Positions 1 to 12,263 of a stretch of DNA of 64,000 nt are shown piece after piece. This stretch comes from Escherichia coli (GTDB taxonomy: Bacteria; Pseudomonadota; Gammaproteobacteria; Enterobacterales; Enterobacteriaceae), in assembly GCF_024502345.1 (NCBI RefSeq), contig NZ_JALDNN010000001.1. One strand, written 5' to 3'. Position 1 is the stretch's first letter. The number at the start of each line of letters is the position of its first letter. The notes below the pieces were generated by a model. The model was not told the DNA's origin. It made no database searches and saw only the letters and a list, made by a program, of their open reading frames with translations. Made by a program: the position numbers and the translations under genes.

Positions 1-19
1 TTTCAATACGTTGTGAATC

Positions 20-115
20 TCCAGGCCTGATAAGACGCGGTAAGCGTCGCATCAGGCATTGAGCACCGAATGCCGGATACGGCGTGAACGCCTTTTCCGG
101 CCACAACAGCCTTAG
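20..115. repeat. REP/BIME-type palindromic element
   Basis: Tandem GCCGGATG/CGTCGCATCAGGC-type palindromic units typical of enterobacterial REP sequences, downstream of nadR. Confidence 0.6.
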
Positions 116-250
116 TATCCGCAATTTCGTAGCGGGTCACCCGTGCAGGTTTTTTCAAACCTTGTTTAATCTCGACAGCCTCTTCCAGAGAGGTTTTCAA
201 CTCATCAAAAAACTTATTTTATACCTCGCCTTTGAGCCGTTTCATCGCGG

Positions 251-1483
251 TTATCTCTGCTCCCCCATCATCTCCCGCACCAGCTCCACGCAGCGCAGGA
301 AACGGCTGTCATAATCGTCCTCTTCAACCCGCACGAATTCGATATTGTTCTCTTCCAGCATCTCCACCAGCAAGTTCTGGAACTCTTTGCGATCCACCGA
401 ACTGCCGAGGCTGCGTAAACCATCCGCCACCCACGGCGTGTTGTTCTCCAGCAGGATCACCAGATCGAAACGGTATTCATCAATCAACGCCTGTACGAAC
501 GGATGCTCACGCCCTTCGTACTTTTTGCAGAACGCCTGGGTAGTGACAAAATCAGTGTCAATAAACGCCACTTTATTGGCATATTTCACTGCAAAATCAA
601 TGTATTGTGCGTGGCCCAGCGCGATTTTATCGTAATCGGAATACTGCAATGCGATCTCATCACCGCCGAGGTGTGAAAAGACATAATCGCGACCATATTC
701 CCACGCACTGGTGGTATTGAAGATATTGGCAAGTTTGTTTACCAGGGTGGATTTACCGCTCGACTCGCCACCAAGGATCGCCACGGTACGTACAAAGAAC
801 GGCTTCACTTCCGTAGGAATATATTCCCAGTAGCGGAACGGGTTTTCGCGGATCTGCGCACCGCTGATACTCATAAAGGTACGTTTCGGATCGACCAGCA
901 CCGTCTCGATCCCCAGATGTTCCATATACTGTGGCGCATCGGCTTCTTCCGAGGTGTAGATCAGGTCCGGCTGAATCCCCTTTTCAGCCATAAACTTTTT
1001 GATGCCGTTGCTCCACACATCCCAGCCGTGCGGATACGGCTCCATGCCCTCTTCGTTGAAAGCATGAATGCGAATATTTTTCTGATATTTAAAAGTTTGC
1101 AATAACCAGCGCAGACGATCCGGCACGGTCGGCTGCTGCGACATGGCACTGTCTTCGAACAACGCGCGGTCACGGGTATCGTCAAAACCCATAATGATAT
1201 GCAGCTCGTCAACCTGGCTACAGGCGCGCTGGATAAGGTAGATATGTCCGGTATGCAGTGGGTAGAACTTACCGAATACCACACCAATGGTTTTCTTCTG
1301 CCGGGGAAACTCAAGCCCCAAAAAACGGTGCAACGCCTCCAGCTTTTGCGCGCTGGGGCTTTTGATTTTGGCATTCAGTAACTGGCTTAAATACCCTTTG
1401 GTCATACCGCTGGCATCAGCTACCTGCTGTAGCGTGCAGCCCTGTTGCTTGATGGCAGTTTTCAGGTAATCAAATGACGACAT
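251..1483 (-). CDS. nadR: NadR: trifunctional NAD biosynthesis regulator / NMN adenylyltransferase / ribosylnicotinamide kinase
   Basis: ORF 251..1504; 410 aa from MSSFDYLKTAIKQQG matches remembered E. coli NadR; N-terminal HTH, P-loop GGESSGKST. Confidence 0.93.
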   Translation of the reverse strand: MSSFDYLKTAIKQQGCTLQQVADASGMTKGYLSQLLNAKIKSPSAQKLEALHRFLGLEFPRQKKTIGVVFGKFYPLHTGHIYLIQRACSQVDELHIIMGFDDTRDRALFEDSAMSQQPTVPDRLRWLLQTFKYQKNIRIHAFNEEGMEPYPHGWDVWSNGIKKFMAEKGIQPDLIYTSEEADAPQYMEHLGIETVLVDPKRTFMSISGAQIRENPFRYWEYIPTEVKPFFVRTVAILGGESSGKSTLVNKLANIFNTTSAWEYGRDYVFSHLGGDEIALQYSDYDKIALGHAQYIDFAVKYANKVAFIDTDFVTTQAFCKKYEGREHPFVQALIDEYRFDLVILLENNTPWVADGLRSLGSSVDRKEFQNLLVEMLEENNIEFVRVEEDDYDSRFLRCVELVREMMGEQR

Positions 1484-1503
1484 ATCTCCCTCCGTATTTC
1501 TCA

Positions 1504-2886
1504 TTATAAGTCGTCGAACACGCTAAGCGCGTCGGAGAGTTTTTTAACGCCAAAAATCTGCATCCCTTCCGGCGCTTTTTTCGGTACGTTAGCCGCCGGA
1601 ACAATCGCCCGGCGAAAACCGTGTTTCGCCGCTTCAGAGATTCGTTCCTGACCGCTGGGCACCGGGCGGATCTCCCCTGCCAGCCCGACTTCACCAAACA
1701 CCACCAGATCCTGCGGCAGCGGTCTGTCACGCAGGCTGGAAACCATCGCCAGCAGTAACGCTAAATCAGCGCTGGTTTCGGTCACCTTAACGCCGCCGAC
1801 CACGTTCACAAACACATCCTGATCGGCCATTTGCAGACCACCGTGACGGTGCAACACAGCCAGCAGGATTGCCAGACGGTTTTGTTCCAGCCCCACTGCC
1901 ACGCGGCGTGGGTTCGCCATCATCGAGTGATCGACCAGCGCCTGAATCTCCACCAGCAGTGGACGCGTTCCTTCCCATACCACCATCACTGAGCTACCGG
2001 AGGTCACTTCATCGCCGCGGCTTAAGAAAATTGCCGAAGGGTTGCTGACTTCACGCAGCCCCTGTTCGGTCATCGCGAAGACGCCCAGCTCATTCACCGC
2101 GCCGAAGCGGTTTTTATGGCTGCGCAAGGTGCGAAAACGGGAGTCGGCATCGCCATCCAAAAGCACCGAACAGTCGATACAGTGTTCCAGCACTTTCGGG
2201 CCAGCCAGCGAACCATCTTTGGTTACGTGCCCCACCATGACAATCGCCACACCGCGCGTTTTGGCGAAGCGTGTCAAATAAGCCGCTGTTTCACGCACCT
2301 GCGCCACGCTACCAGGCGATGACTGTACATCCGCCATATGCATCACCTGGATCGAGTCAATTACCATCAGCTTCGGTTGCTCTTCTTCGGCAATCAGGCA
2401 GATCTGTTCGATGCTGGTTTCCGACAACATATTGAGATTGTCAGTCGGCAGGCCAAGGCGATGAGCGCGCATTGCCACCTGTTGCAGCGACTCTTCGCCG
2501 GTGACATACAGCGTTTTCATCTGCTGGGCCAGTTTGCACAGCGTTTGCAGTAGCAGCGTGGATTTCCCCGCACCAGGGTTACCGCCAATCAGAATGGCAC
2601 TTCCTGGCACCACGCCGCCGCCTAGTACGCGGTCGAACTCTTTAAATCCGGTGGAAAAACGCGGCAGCTCTTCAAGGCTGATATCGGAGAGTTTCTGGAC
2701 TTTTGCCACCCCGGCGCTACCGGCATAGCCGCTGAGACGCTCGTTACGCGCCACCGTTGGCGACGCAGCAAGACGCACCTCGGTGATGGTGTTCCAGGCA
2801 TGACAGGCACTGCACTGCCCCTGCCAGCGCGGATAATCGGCCCCGCATTCATTACAAACAAAGGCGCGTTTTGGAGCTTTTGCCAC
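1504..2886 (-). CDS. radA: DNA repair protein RadA (Sms)
   Basis: ORF 1504..2934; 460 aa from GTG start (VAKAPKRAFVCNECG...), zinc finger CxxC-CxxC, Walker A GGNPGAGKST, Lon-like C-terminus. Confidence 0.92.
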   Translation of the reverse strand: MAKAPKRAFVCNECGADYPRWQGQCSACHAWNTITEVRLAASPTVARNERLSGYAGSAGVAKVQKLSDISLEELPRFSTGFKEFDRVLGGGVVPGSAILIGGNPGAGKSTLLLQTLCKLAQQMKTLYVTGEESLQQVAMRAHRLGLPTDNLNMLSETSIEQICLIAEEEQPKLMVIDSIQVMHMADVQSSPGSVAQVRETAAYLTRFAKTRGVAIVMVGHVTKDGSLAGPKVLEHCIDCSVLLDGDADSRFRTLRSHKNRFGAVNELGVFAMTEQGLREVSNPSAIFLSRGDEVTSGSSVMVVWEGTRPLLVEIQALVDHSMMANPRRVAVGLEQNRLAILLAVLHRHGGLQMADQDVFVNVVGGVKVTETSADLALLLAMVSSLRDRPLPQDLVVFGEVGLAGEIRPVPSGQERISEAAKHGFRRAIVPAANVPKKAPEGMQIFGVKKLSDALSVFDDL

Positions 2887-2934
2887 GGTGTACCTCGTTA
2901 ATGCTGTGCCGCCCGCAGGATGGCGGGCGAGCAA

Positions 2935-3903
2935 TTACTTCTGATTCAGGCTGCCTGAGAGGATGCAGAATACCCCCATCAGGTCAGCGTGACGGATGGT
3001 GACTTCCGCCTTTTCATTCACTTTTGGCTTGGCATGGTAGGCAATCCCCAGCCCTGCCGCTTTGATCATCGGCAGGTCATTGGCTCCATCGCCAATCGCC
3101 ACGGTCTGCGCCAGCGGGATTTCATACTCCTGCGCGAGGCGAGTCAGAGTTTTCGCTTTGTACTGCGCGTCTACGATGTCGCCGATCACATTGCCGGTAA
3201 ATTTACCGTCCATGATCTCCAGTTCATTGGCTACCACGGCTGTCAGGCGCAGCTTGTCGCGCAGGTATTCAGCAAAGAAAGTAAAGCCGCCGGAGGCAAT
3301 CGCCACTTTCCAGCCCAGCGTTTCCAGCTTGAGCACCAGTTGCGTTAAGCCTGGCATCAGCGGCAGATTTTCACGCACCTGTTGCAGAATATTGGCGTCA
3401 GCGCCTTTCAGCGCCGCCACACGGCTGCGCAGGCTGGCGGTAAAATCGAGTTCGCCGCGCATCGCCCGTTCGGTTACTTCCGCCACCATCTCGCCCGTTC
3501 CGGCCAGTTTGGCAATTTCATCAATACATTCAATCTGGATGGCGGTGGAATCCATGTCCATCACCAGCAAACCCGGCGTGCGCAGGTGCGGGATTTTCCC
3601 CAGCGGGGCGACATCCAGTTGCGCTTCATGGGCCAGGCGCGTAGCCCGTGCGGTGAGTGAACCTGCCAGACGAATCACCTGATAATCTTCCACGCACCAG
3701 GCGGCAACAATCACCATCGCCGCACCCAGTTTGCTCTGGTATTGGGTCAGACGCTGTTTATCCAGCCCACGACCATACAGCAGCCAGCCGCTACGACCTG
3801 CGTGGTAATCCAGTGGCATCACTTCATCACCACTTAATGAAAGAGGCAGACCCGGCCATAAAGAGACATCTTCAGGCAGGTCGCACCAGGTAATGTTAGG
3901 CAT
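2935..3903 (-). CDS. serB: Phosphoserine phosphatase
   Basis: 322 aa from MPNITWCDLPEDVSLW; HAD motif DMDSTAI; the longer ORF 2935..4041 is an upstream extension. Confidence 0.92.
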   Translation of the reverse strand: MPNITWCDLPEDVSLWPGLPLSLSGDEVMPLDYHAGRSGWLLYGRGLDKQRLTQYQSKLGAAMVIVAAWCVEDYQVIRLAGSLTARATRLAHEAQLDVAPLGKIPHLRTPGLLVMDMDSTAIQIECIDEIAKLAGTGEMVAEVTERAMRGELDFTASLRSRVAALKGADANILQQVRENLPLMPGLTQLVLKLETLGWKVAIASGGFTFFAEYLRDKLRLTAVVANELEIMDGKFTGNVIGDIVDAQYKAKTLTRLAQEYEIPLAQTVAIGDGANDLPMIKAAGLGIAYHAKPKVNEKAEVTIRHADLMGVFCILSGSLNQK

Positions 3904-4008
3904 TAAGGCTCCTGTAAAATCGTTCGAAGCAGGGAAAATAACGCATGAGGCTACCTTGTATCCATTGCTTCTGGCAACATTAAGTCTCAAATTTTCAAAG
4001 GGTGGAAG

Positions 4009-4653
4009 ATGGCTCGCACAAAACTGAAATTCCGGCTGCATCGGGCAGTGATTGTCCTGTTCTGTCTTGCCTTGTTAGTGGCGCTGATGCAGGGGGCGTC
4101 ATGGTTTAGTCAAAACCACCAGCGACAGCGTAATCCACAGCTGGAAGAACTGGCCCGCACCCTGGCGCGTCAGGTGACGCTGAACGTTGCACCGCTGATG
4201 CGTACCGACTCACCGGATGAAAAACGCATTCAGGCGATCCTCGATCAGTTAACGGATGAAAGCCGTATCCTCGACGCGGGTGTGTATGACGAACAAGGCG
4301 ATCTTATCGCACGTTCTGGCGAAAGCGTCGAAGTGCGCGACCGGCTGGCGCTCGACGGTAAAAAAGCGGGCGGTTATTTTAACCAGCAGATTGTCGAACC
4401 AATTGCCGGGAAAAACGGACCGCTCGGTTATCTGCGCCTGACGCTCGACACCCATACGCTCGCCACCGAAGCCCAACAGGTGGATAACACCACTAACATT
4501 TTACGCCTGATGTTGCTGCTCTCACTGGCAATCGGCGTAGTGCTGACCCGCACGCTGCTACAGGGTAAACGTACCCGCTGGCAGCAATCGCCCTTCCTGT
4601 TAACCGCCAGCAAACCGGTGCCGGAAGAGGAAGAAAGCGAGAAAAAAGAGTGA
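4009..4653 (+). CDS. ytjB: Membrane protein YtjB (Smp)
   Basis: 214 aa MARTKLKFRLHRAVIVLFCL..., N-terminal TM segment, conserved position between serB and lplA. Confidence 0.85.
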   Translation: MARTKLKFRLHRAVIVLFCLALLVALMQGASWFSQNHQRQRNPQLEELARTLARQVTLNVAPLMRTDSPDEKRIQAILDQLTDESRILDAGVYDEQGDLIARSGESVEVRDRLALDGKKAGGYFNQQIVEPIAGKNGPLGYLRLTLDTHTLATEAQQVDNTTNILRLMLLLSLAIGVVLTRTLLQGKRTRWQQSPFLLTASKPVPEEEESEKKE

Positions 4654-4680
4654 CCCATTACTACAAGAAAGGAAATCGTT

Positions 4681-5697
4681 ATGTCCACATTACGCCTGCT
4701 CATCTCTGACTCTTACGACCCGTGGTTTAACCTGGCGGTGGAAGAGTGTATTTTTCGCCAAATGCCCGCCACGCAGCGCGTTCTGTTTCTCTGGCGCAAT
4801 GCCGACACGGTAGTAATTGGTCGCGCGCAGAACCCGTGGAAAGAGTGTAATACCCGGCGGATGGAAGAAGATAACGTCCGCCTGGCGCGGCGCAGTAGCG
4901 GTGGCGGCGCGGTGTTCCACGATCTCGGCAATACCTGCTTTACCTTTATGGCTGGCAAGCCGGAGTACGATAAAACCATCTCCACGTCGATTGTGCTCAA
5001 TGCGCTGAACGCGCTCGGCGTCAGCGCCGAAGCGTCCGGACGTAACGATCTGGTGGTGAAAACCGCCGAAGGCGACCGCAAAGTCTCAGGATCGGCCTAT
5101 CGCGAAACCAAAGATCGTGGCTTCCACCACGGCACCTTGCTGCTCAATGCCGACCTTAGCCGCCTGGCAAACTATCTCAACCCAGATAAAAAGAAACTGG
5201 CGGCGAAAGGCATTACCTCAGTGCATTCCCGCGTGACCAACCTCACCGAGCTGCTGCCGGGGATCACCCATGAGCAGGTTTGCGAGGCCATAACCGAGGC
5301 CTTTTTCGCCCATTATGGCGAGCGCGTGGAAGCGGAAATCATCTCCCCGGACAAAACGCCAGACTTGCCAAACTTCGCCGAAACCTTTGCCCGCCAGAGT
5401 AGCTGGGAGTGGAACTTCGGTCAGGCTCCGGCATTCTCGCATCTGCTGGATGAACGCTTTAGCTGGGGCGGCGTGGAACTGCATTTCGACGTTGAAAAAG
5501 GCCATATCACCCGCGCCCAGGTGTTTACCGACAGCCTCAACCCCGCGCCGCTGGAAGGCCTCGCCGGGCGACTGCAAGGCTGCCTGTACCGCGCGGATAT
5601 GCTGCAACAAGAGTGCGAAGCGCTGTTGGTTGACTTCCCGGACCAGGAAAAAGAGCTACGGGAGTTGTCGACGTGGATAGCGGGGGCGGTAAGGTAA
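4681..5697 (+). CDS. lplA: Lipoate-protein ligase A
   Basis: 338 aa [22 protein letters not shown]... matches LplA. Confidence 0.93.
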   Translation: MSTLRLLISDSYDPWFNLAVEECIFRQMPATQRVLFLWRNADTVVIGRAQNPWKECNTRRMEEDNVRLARRSSGGGAVFHDLGNTCFTFMAGKPEYDKTISTSIVLNALNALGVSAEASGRNDLVVKTAEGDRKVSGSAYRETKDRGFHHGTLLLNADLSRLANYLNPDKKKLAAKGITSVHSRVTNLTELLPGITHEQVCEAITEAFFAHYGERVEAEIISPDKTPDLPNFAETFARQSSWEWNFGQAPAFSHLLDERFSWGGVELHFDVEKGHITRAQVFTDSLNPAPLEGLAGRLQGCLYRADMLQQECEALLVDFPDQEKELRELSTWIAGAVR

Positions 5698-5728
5698 CTC
5701 GCTGATTAAAATACCAAAGGAAGGGAAT

Positions 5729-5992
5729 ATGATCGATCTGGAAAACCAAGAGCGGGAGATTATCAATTTAATGTTAAGCCAGCGTATTTCCTGGCTAGCC
5801 GCCGTGCGTATCAGGCATAAATTATCGCTTGCTGAAGTAAGTAAAATGTTAGGTATCTCGATTAATTCTCTAAAATAGATCGAAAAGACGGAACGGTTTA
5901 GCTCAAACATCAAAAGCAAAATGGCAGAAATTTATGGTTGTCCACCAGAGTTGCTGATATGCCCTTCCTGGATGACGGCTGAACATAAATGA
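5729..5992 (+). pseudogene. XRE-like HTH reading frame interrupted by one in-frame TAG (MIDLENQEREIINLM...ISINSLK*IEKTERFSSNIKSKMAEIYGCPPELL)
   Basis: AGGAAG RBS then ATG at 5729; 49 codons, TAG, then 37 more in-frame codons with an HTH-like tail; occupies the lplA-deoD gap where I recall yjjJ in K-12. Confidence 0.35.
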
Positions 5993-6090
5993 ATAGATTC
6001 GTGAATAGATACTTGAATGTATTTTATTTTCTATCCATATGAAAAATAATAGTAAATCTATAAATCAGTTGCTATTGATGAATAGATACT

Positions 6091-6119
6091 AAAAAGCCGG
6101 AGCAGTCTCCCGCTCCGGC
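6091..6119 (-). terminator. Rho-independent terminator downstream of deoD
   Basis: GCCGGAGC / GCTCCGGC stem followed by a T-run on the minus strand, just past the deoD stop. Confidence 0.7.
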
Positions 6120-6152
6120 TTAACACAACAATCGTCTTTCAGCGAAACACAA

Positions 6153-6872
6153 TTACTCTTTATCGCCCAGCAGAACGGATTCCAGTGCGATTTTGATCAT
6201 GTCGTTGAAGGTGGTCTGACGCTCAGCGGCAGTGGTTTGCTCGTGAGTGCGGATGTGGTCAGACACGGTGCAGATGGTCAGGGCTTTCGCGCCAAACTCT
6301 GCAGCCACGCCGTAGATACCAGCCGCTTCCATTTCCACGCCGAGAATGCCGTATTTTTCCATCACGTCGAACATTTCGCCGTCCGGAGAGTAGAACAGGT
6401 CAGCGGAGAACAGGTTACCCACGCGAGCATCAACGCCCAGTGCTTTAGCCGCGTCTACCGCGTTACGCACCATGTCAAAGTCAGCGATAGCGGCAAAGTC
6501 ATGATCTTTAAAACGGATGCGGTTAACTTTGGAATCGGTGCAGGCACCCATACCGATAACGACGTCGCGCAGTTTTACGTGCGGCAGAACTGCGCCACAG
6601 GAACCCACGCGGATAATTTTCTTCACGCCGAAATCGGTGATCAGTTCTTTGGTGTAGATGGAGCAGGACGGGATACCCATACCGTGACCCATTACGGAAA
6701 TTTTGCGGCCTTTGTAAGTACCGGTGAAGCCCAGCATACCGCGAACGTTGTTCACTTCACGGGCATCTTCAAGGAAAGTTTCAGCAATATACTTCGCACG
6801 CAGCGGGTCGCCTGGCATCAAAACTACGTCAGCGAAATCGCCCATTTCTGCATTAATGTGTGGGGTAGCCAT
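6153..6872 (-). CDS. deoD: Purine nucleoside phosphorylase
   Basis: 239 aa [31 protein letters not shown]... matches DeoD. Confidence 0.95.
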   Translation of the reverse strand: MATPHINAEMGDFADVVLMPGDPLRAKYIAETFLEDAREVNNVRGMLGFTGTYKGRKISVMGHGMGIPSCSIYTKELITDFGVKKIIRVGSCGAVLPHVKLRDVVIGMGACTDSKVNRIRFKDHDFAAIADFDMVRNAVDAAKALGVDARVGNLFSADLFYSPDGEMFDVMEKYGILGVEMEAAGIYGVAAEFGAKALTICTVSDHIRTHEQTTAAERQTTFNDMIKIALESVLLGDKE

Positions 6873-6890
6873 TGTTTTATCCTTATCAAC

Positions 6891-6947
6891 ATGTTTTCAC
6901 CCTCTCCCTGTGGGAGAGGGCCGGGGTGAGGGCATCAAGCCGCACCC
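6891..6947. repeat. Intergenic stem-loop between deoB and deoD (CCCTCTCCC...GGGAGAGGG)
   Basis: Inverted repeat seen directly in the 79-bp deoB-deoD spacer. Confidence 0.4.
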
Positions 6948-6951
6948 ATTA

Positions 6952-8196
<1,245 letters not shown>

Positions 8197-8226
8197 TCAA
8201 ATTTAAATGATCAGATCAGTATACCG

Positions 8227-9549
8227 TTATTCGCTGATACGGCGATAGACAGTTGGTGTGCTTTCCGGTGCTTTATCGGCAAGTTTAATTGCCGCTTTCA
8301 CCGCTTTCGCCGCTTCCTGCCAGCTGTTTTCGTCTTTCGCGTGGATAACCGCCAGCGGACGCTGACCGTCTACCTGGTCGCCCAGACGCGCCATATCAGT
8401 AAAGCCGACGCTGTAATCGATGGTGTCAGATGCCTGACGGCGTCCACCGCCCATTGCAACCACTGCCATCCCCAGCGCGCGGGTATCCATTTCACTGACA
8501 AAACCTTCGGTATCAGCATAGACTGCTTTCGTCAGCATCGCTGTCGGCAGATACTTCGCGTAGTTCTCAACGAAGTCGGTCGGGCCTTTTTGTGCCGCTA
8601 CCATACGACCAAAGACTTCTGCCGCTTTACCGTTGTCCAGCACCGCCTGCAATTTCGCGCGCGCTTCGGCGTCATCTTTCGCCAGTTTGCCGGAGATCAG
8701 CATCTCCACGCACAGCGCCATCGTGACATCAAACAGACGCGGGTTACGATATTCACCCGTCAGGAACTGCACCGCTTCACGAACTTCAACCGCGTTACCT
8801 GCACTGGAGGCCAGCACCTGATTCATATCGGTGAGCAGCGCGGTGGTGCGCACGCCAGCGCCGTTAGCCACGCCAACAATCGCTTCGGCAAGGGCTTCAG
8901 AGAGTTCGTAGGTCGGCATAAACGCGCCGCTACCCACTTTCACGTCCATCACCAGCGCATCCAGACCTTCCGCAAGTTTCTTCGCCAGAATAGAGGCGGT
9001 GATCAGCGGGATGGAGTCCACGGTTGCGGTAATATCACGGGTCGCGTAGAAACGTTTATCCGCCGGAGCCAGTGAGCTGGTCTGACCGATAATCGCCACG
9101 CCGACGTCTTTAATAATTTCGCGGAAACGGTTGTCATCCGGGAAAATGTCGAAGCCAGGGATGGATTCCAGTTTGTCTAGCGTACCGCCAGTATGACCGA
9201 GGCCACGACCGGAGATCATCGGAATATAGCCGCCGCAGGCAGCGACCATCGGCCCCAACATCAGCGAAGTGACATCGCCGACGCCACCGGTGGAGTGTTT
9301 ATCAACAATCGGTCCATTCAGATGCAGGCTTTTCCAGTCGAGAACGGTTCCTGAATCTCGCATCGCCATGGTCAGCGAGACACGCTCAGGCATTGTCATA
9401 TCGTGGAAGAAAATGGTCATCGCGAGGGCGGCAATCTGCCCTTCGGAGATAGTGTTGTCGCGAATACCGTTGATAAAGAAACGAATTTCTTCATCGCTCA
9501 GCGCATGACCATCACGTTTTTTACGAATAATTTCTTGTGCGAGAAACAA
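8227..9549 (-). CDS. deoA: Thymidine phosphorylase
   Basis: 440 aa [31 protein letters not shown]... matches DeoA. Confidence 0.95.
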
Positions 9550-9574
9550 GGTAACCTCCCGAGGAAAAGAGTAT

Positions 9575-9672
9575 GAGGCGGCTTTTGCCGGATGCGTCTA
9601 CGCCTTATCCGGCCTACGGGTAGATACGTCTCGTAGGCCTGATAAGCGCAGCGCATCAGGCGTAAAGCATCT
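9575..9672. repeat. REP element between deoC and deoA
   Basis: GCCGGATGCG...CGCATCAGGCG palindromic units. Confidence 0.6.
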
Positions 9673-9675
9673 TAC

Positions 9676-10455
9676 TTAGTAGCTGCTGGCGCTCTTACCG
9701 TCGCCGTGGCCCAGCGCTTTCAGCAGGCTTGCCAGCAGGCTGGAAGCGCCAAAGCGGTAGTGACGCGCATCTGCCCAGTCAGCACCGAACAGTTCATCTG
9801 CGATGGCGAGATATTTCTGCGCATCTTCCGCAGTACGCACGCCGCCCGCCGGTTTGAAACCAACGTTTTTTTCTACGCCCATATCACGGATCACTTCCAT
9901 CATGATCCGCGCGCTTTCCGGCGTCGCGTTCACTGCCACTTTACCGGTAGAGGTTTTGATGAAGTCAGCACCCGCTTTGATGGAGATTTCAGACGCTTTG
10001 CGGATCAGCGCTTCGTCTTTCAGTTCGCCGGTTTCGATGATCACTTTCAGCAGTACATTCGCTGCCGCGCAAGCCTCTTTACAGGCTTTCACCAGGTCAA
10101 AACCAACCTGCTCGTTACCCGCCATCAGCGCGCGGTACGGGAACACAACGTCAACTTCATCAGCACCGTAGGCGATTGCCGCACGGGTTTCTGCCAGCGC
10201 GATTTCGATGTCGTCGTTACCGTGTGGGAAGTTGGTTACCGTAGCAATACGGATTTCCGGGGTGCCCTGCTCTTTCAGTGTCTTGCGAGCAATCGGGATA
10301 AAGCGAGGATAGATACAGATAGCGGCGGTATTGCCGACCGGCGTTTTGGCCTGATGACACAGGGCGATCACTTTCTCGTCGGTGTCGTCGTCATTCAGGG
10401 TGGTCAGGTCCATCAATTTCAGTGCACGCAGGCTGCTTGCTTTCAGATCAGTCAT
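9676..10455 (-). CDS. deoC: Deoxyribose-phosphate aldolase
   Basis: 259 aa from [19 protein letters not shown] with AGGAGA RBS; ORF 9676..10479 is an upstream extension. Confidence 0.95.
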   Translation of the reverse strand: MTDLKASSLRALKLMDLTTLNDDDTDEKVIALCHQAKTPVGNTAAICIYPRFIPIARKTLKEQGTPEIRIATVTNFPHGNDDIEIALAETRAAIAYGADEVDVVFPYRALMAGNEQVGFDLVKACKEACAAANVLLKVIIETGELKDEALIRKASEISIKAGADFIKTSTGKVAVNATPESARIMMEVIRDMGVEKNVGFKPAGGVRTAEDAQKYLAIADELFGADWADARHYRFGASSLLASLLKALGHGDGKSASSY

Positions 10456-10499
10456 TTCATTCTCCTGGCTTGTCGCCAATAAAATTCACCTTGCGAGTT

Positions 10500-10515
10500 T
10501 GTTAGTATTCTAACA
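10500..10515. promoter_or_regulatory. DeoR operator-like palindrome TGTTAGTATTCTAACA (deoP2-proximal)
   Basis: 16-bp palindrome ~45 bp upstream of the deoC ATG; matches remembered DeoR operator TGTTAGAA-TTCTAACA. Confidence 0.7.
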
Positions 10516-10519
10516 TCTA

Positions 10520-10620
10520 CTCCGCAACACACTTCGATACACATCACAATTAAGGAAATCTACTTACAAGTTTGCATCACTGTAATGCGATCTGGTTCAA
10601 ATAATTCACTTTCAAATGAA
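10520..10620 (-). promoter_or_regulatory. deoP2 region with CRP/CytR sites
   Basis: Reverse complement contains TTATTTGAACCAGATCGCATTACAGTGATGCAAACTTGTAAG, which matches the deoP2 tandem CRP region as I recall it. Confidence 0.55.
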
Positions 10621-10712
10621 TGCGTCAGTGGTGGCAAACGCATCAGGATCAAAGTGAACATCACGAAACTTCTTACAATGGCGCATCACCTTCGGCATAA
10701 AAGGAAAAGAAG

Positions 10713-12263
10713 ATGCCCACTTCTCATGAAAATGCACTGCAACAACGTTGCCAGCAAATTGTCACCAGCCCAGTGCTTAGCCCGGAGCAGAAGCGCCATT
10801 TTCTGGCACTGGAAGCAGAAAACAATCTGCCTTACCCACAGCTTCCTGCCGAAGCCCGCCGCGCGCTGGATGAAGGTGTAATCTGCGATATGTTTGAAGG
10901 TCATGCGCCGTACAAACCGCGCTATGTCTTACCCGATTACGCCCGTTTTCTGGCGAACGGTTCCGAATGGCTGGAGCTGGAAGGCGCGAAAGATCTTGAT
11001 GACGCACTCTCTCTGCTGACCATTCTTTACCACCACGTACCGTCGGTCACATCGATGCCGGTCTACCTGGGGCAACTGGATGCGTTGTTGCAACCGTATG
11101 TTAGAATTCTAACACAAGACGAGATCGATCTTCGAATAAAACGTTTCTGGCGTTACCTCGACAGAACCCTGCCAGACGCCTTTATGCACGCCAATATCGG
11201 CCCGTCTGATTCGCCTATTACCCGCGCGATCTTACGTGCAGACGCAGAGTTGAAGCAGGTTTCACCGAACCTGACCTTTATCTACGATCCTGAAATCACC
11301 CCTGATGACCTGCTGCTGGAAGTGGCGAAGAACATCTGTGAATGTAGCAAACCGCACATCGCCAACGGTCCGGTGCATGATAAAATTTTCACAAAAGGGG
11401 GCTACGGGATTGTGAGCTGTTACAACTCACTGCCGCTGGCTGGTGGTGGCAGCACGCTGGTACGCCTTAACCTGAAAGCCATTGCCGAGCGCAGCGAATC
11501 GCTGGATGACTTCTTTACGCGCACTCTACCGCACTACTGCCAGCAGCAGATCGCCATCATCGATGCGCGGTGTGAATTCCTCTATCAACAATCACACTTC
11601 TTTGAGAATAGCTTCCTGGTGAAAGAAGGGCTGATTAACCCTGAACGTTTTGTGCCAATGTTTGGCATGTATGGGCTGGCGGAAGCGGTTAACTTGCTGT
11701 GTGAGAAAGAAGGGATTGCCGCGCGCTACGGTAAAGAAGCCGCCGCAAATGAAGTGGGTTATCGCATCAGCGCGCAACTGGCGGAGTTTGTCGCCAATAC
11801 CCCCGTGAAATATGGCTGGCAAAAACGCGCCATGTTACACGCACAGTCGGGGATCAGTTCCGATATCGGCACCACGCCGGGCGCGCGTTTGCCGTATGGC
11901 GATGAGCCAGATCCGATCACCCATCTGCAAACTGTCGCCCCGCATCATGCTTATTATTATTCCGGCATCAGCGACATTCTGACGCTCGACGAAACCATCA
12001 AACGTAACCCGCAGGCACTGGTACAGCTTTGCCTCGGTGCCTTTAAAGCCGGAATGCGTGAATTTACTGCCAATGTCAGCGGTAACGATCTGGTTCGCGT
12101 TACCGGTTATATGGTGCGTTTGTCGGATTTAGAAAAATATCGCGCCGAAGGTTCACGCACCAACACCACCTGGCTGGGCGAAGAAGCCGCACGCAACACT
12201 CGTATTCTGGAACGCCAGCCGCGCGTGATAAGCCATGAACAGCAGATGCGCTTTAGTCAGTAA
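10713..12263 (+). CDS. yjjI: YjjI, putative glycyl-radical enzyme (C-terminal RVTGY motif), substrate unknown
   Basis: 516-aa ORF; glycine-radical-like motif RVTGYMV near the C-terminus; followed by an activase-like gene. Confidence 0.85.
   Translation: MPTSHENALQQRCQQIVTSPVLSPEQKRHFLALEAENNLPYPQLPAEARRALDEGVICDMFEGHAPYKPRYVLPDYARFLANGSEWLELEGAKDLDDALSLLTILYHHVPSVTSMPVYLGQLDALLQPYVRILTQDEIDLRIKRFWRYLDRTLPDAFMHANIGPSDSPITRAILRADAELKQVSPNLTFIYDPEITPDDLLLEVAKNICECSKPHIANGPVHDKIFTKGGYGIVSCYNSLPLAGGGSTLVRLNLKAIAERSESLDDFFTRTLPHYCQQQIAIIDARCEFLYQQSHFFENSFLVKEGLINPERFVPMFGMYGLAEAVNLLCEKEGIAARYGKEAAANEVGYRISAQLAEFVANTPVKYGWQKRAMLHAQSGISSDIGTTPGARLPYGDEPDPITHLQTVAPHHAYYYSGISDILTLDETIKRNPQALVQLCLGAFKAGMREFTANVSGNDLVRVTGYMVRLSDLEKYRAEGSRTNTTWLGEEAARNTRILERQPRVISHEQQMRFSQ
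11099..11114. promoter_or_regulatory. Second DeoR operator-like palindrome TGTTAGAATTCTAACA (deoP1 candidate)
   Basis: Perfect 16-bp palindrome exactly 599 bp from the proximal site, the operator spacing I recall for the deo operon; lies inside the yjjI coding sequence. Confidence 0.6.

Noticed and set aside
3-200. 65-aa ORF at the window start
   Set aside because: Lies entirely within REP/BIME palindromic repeats; composition typical of REP read-through, no RBS.
6237-6929. 230-aa ORF antisense to deoD; similar long antisense ORFs opposite deoB, deoA, deoC, prfC, tsr, hpaG and hpaE
   Set aside because: Mirror-frame artefacts of highly expressed GC-rich genes; the sense-strand proteins match known enzymes.
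11980-11990. Third DeoR operator (OE) expected ~878 bp beyond the distal site
   Set aside because: No TGTTAGAA-like palindrome at the predicted position; my recollection of the distance or direction may be wrong.
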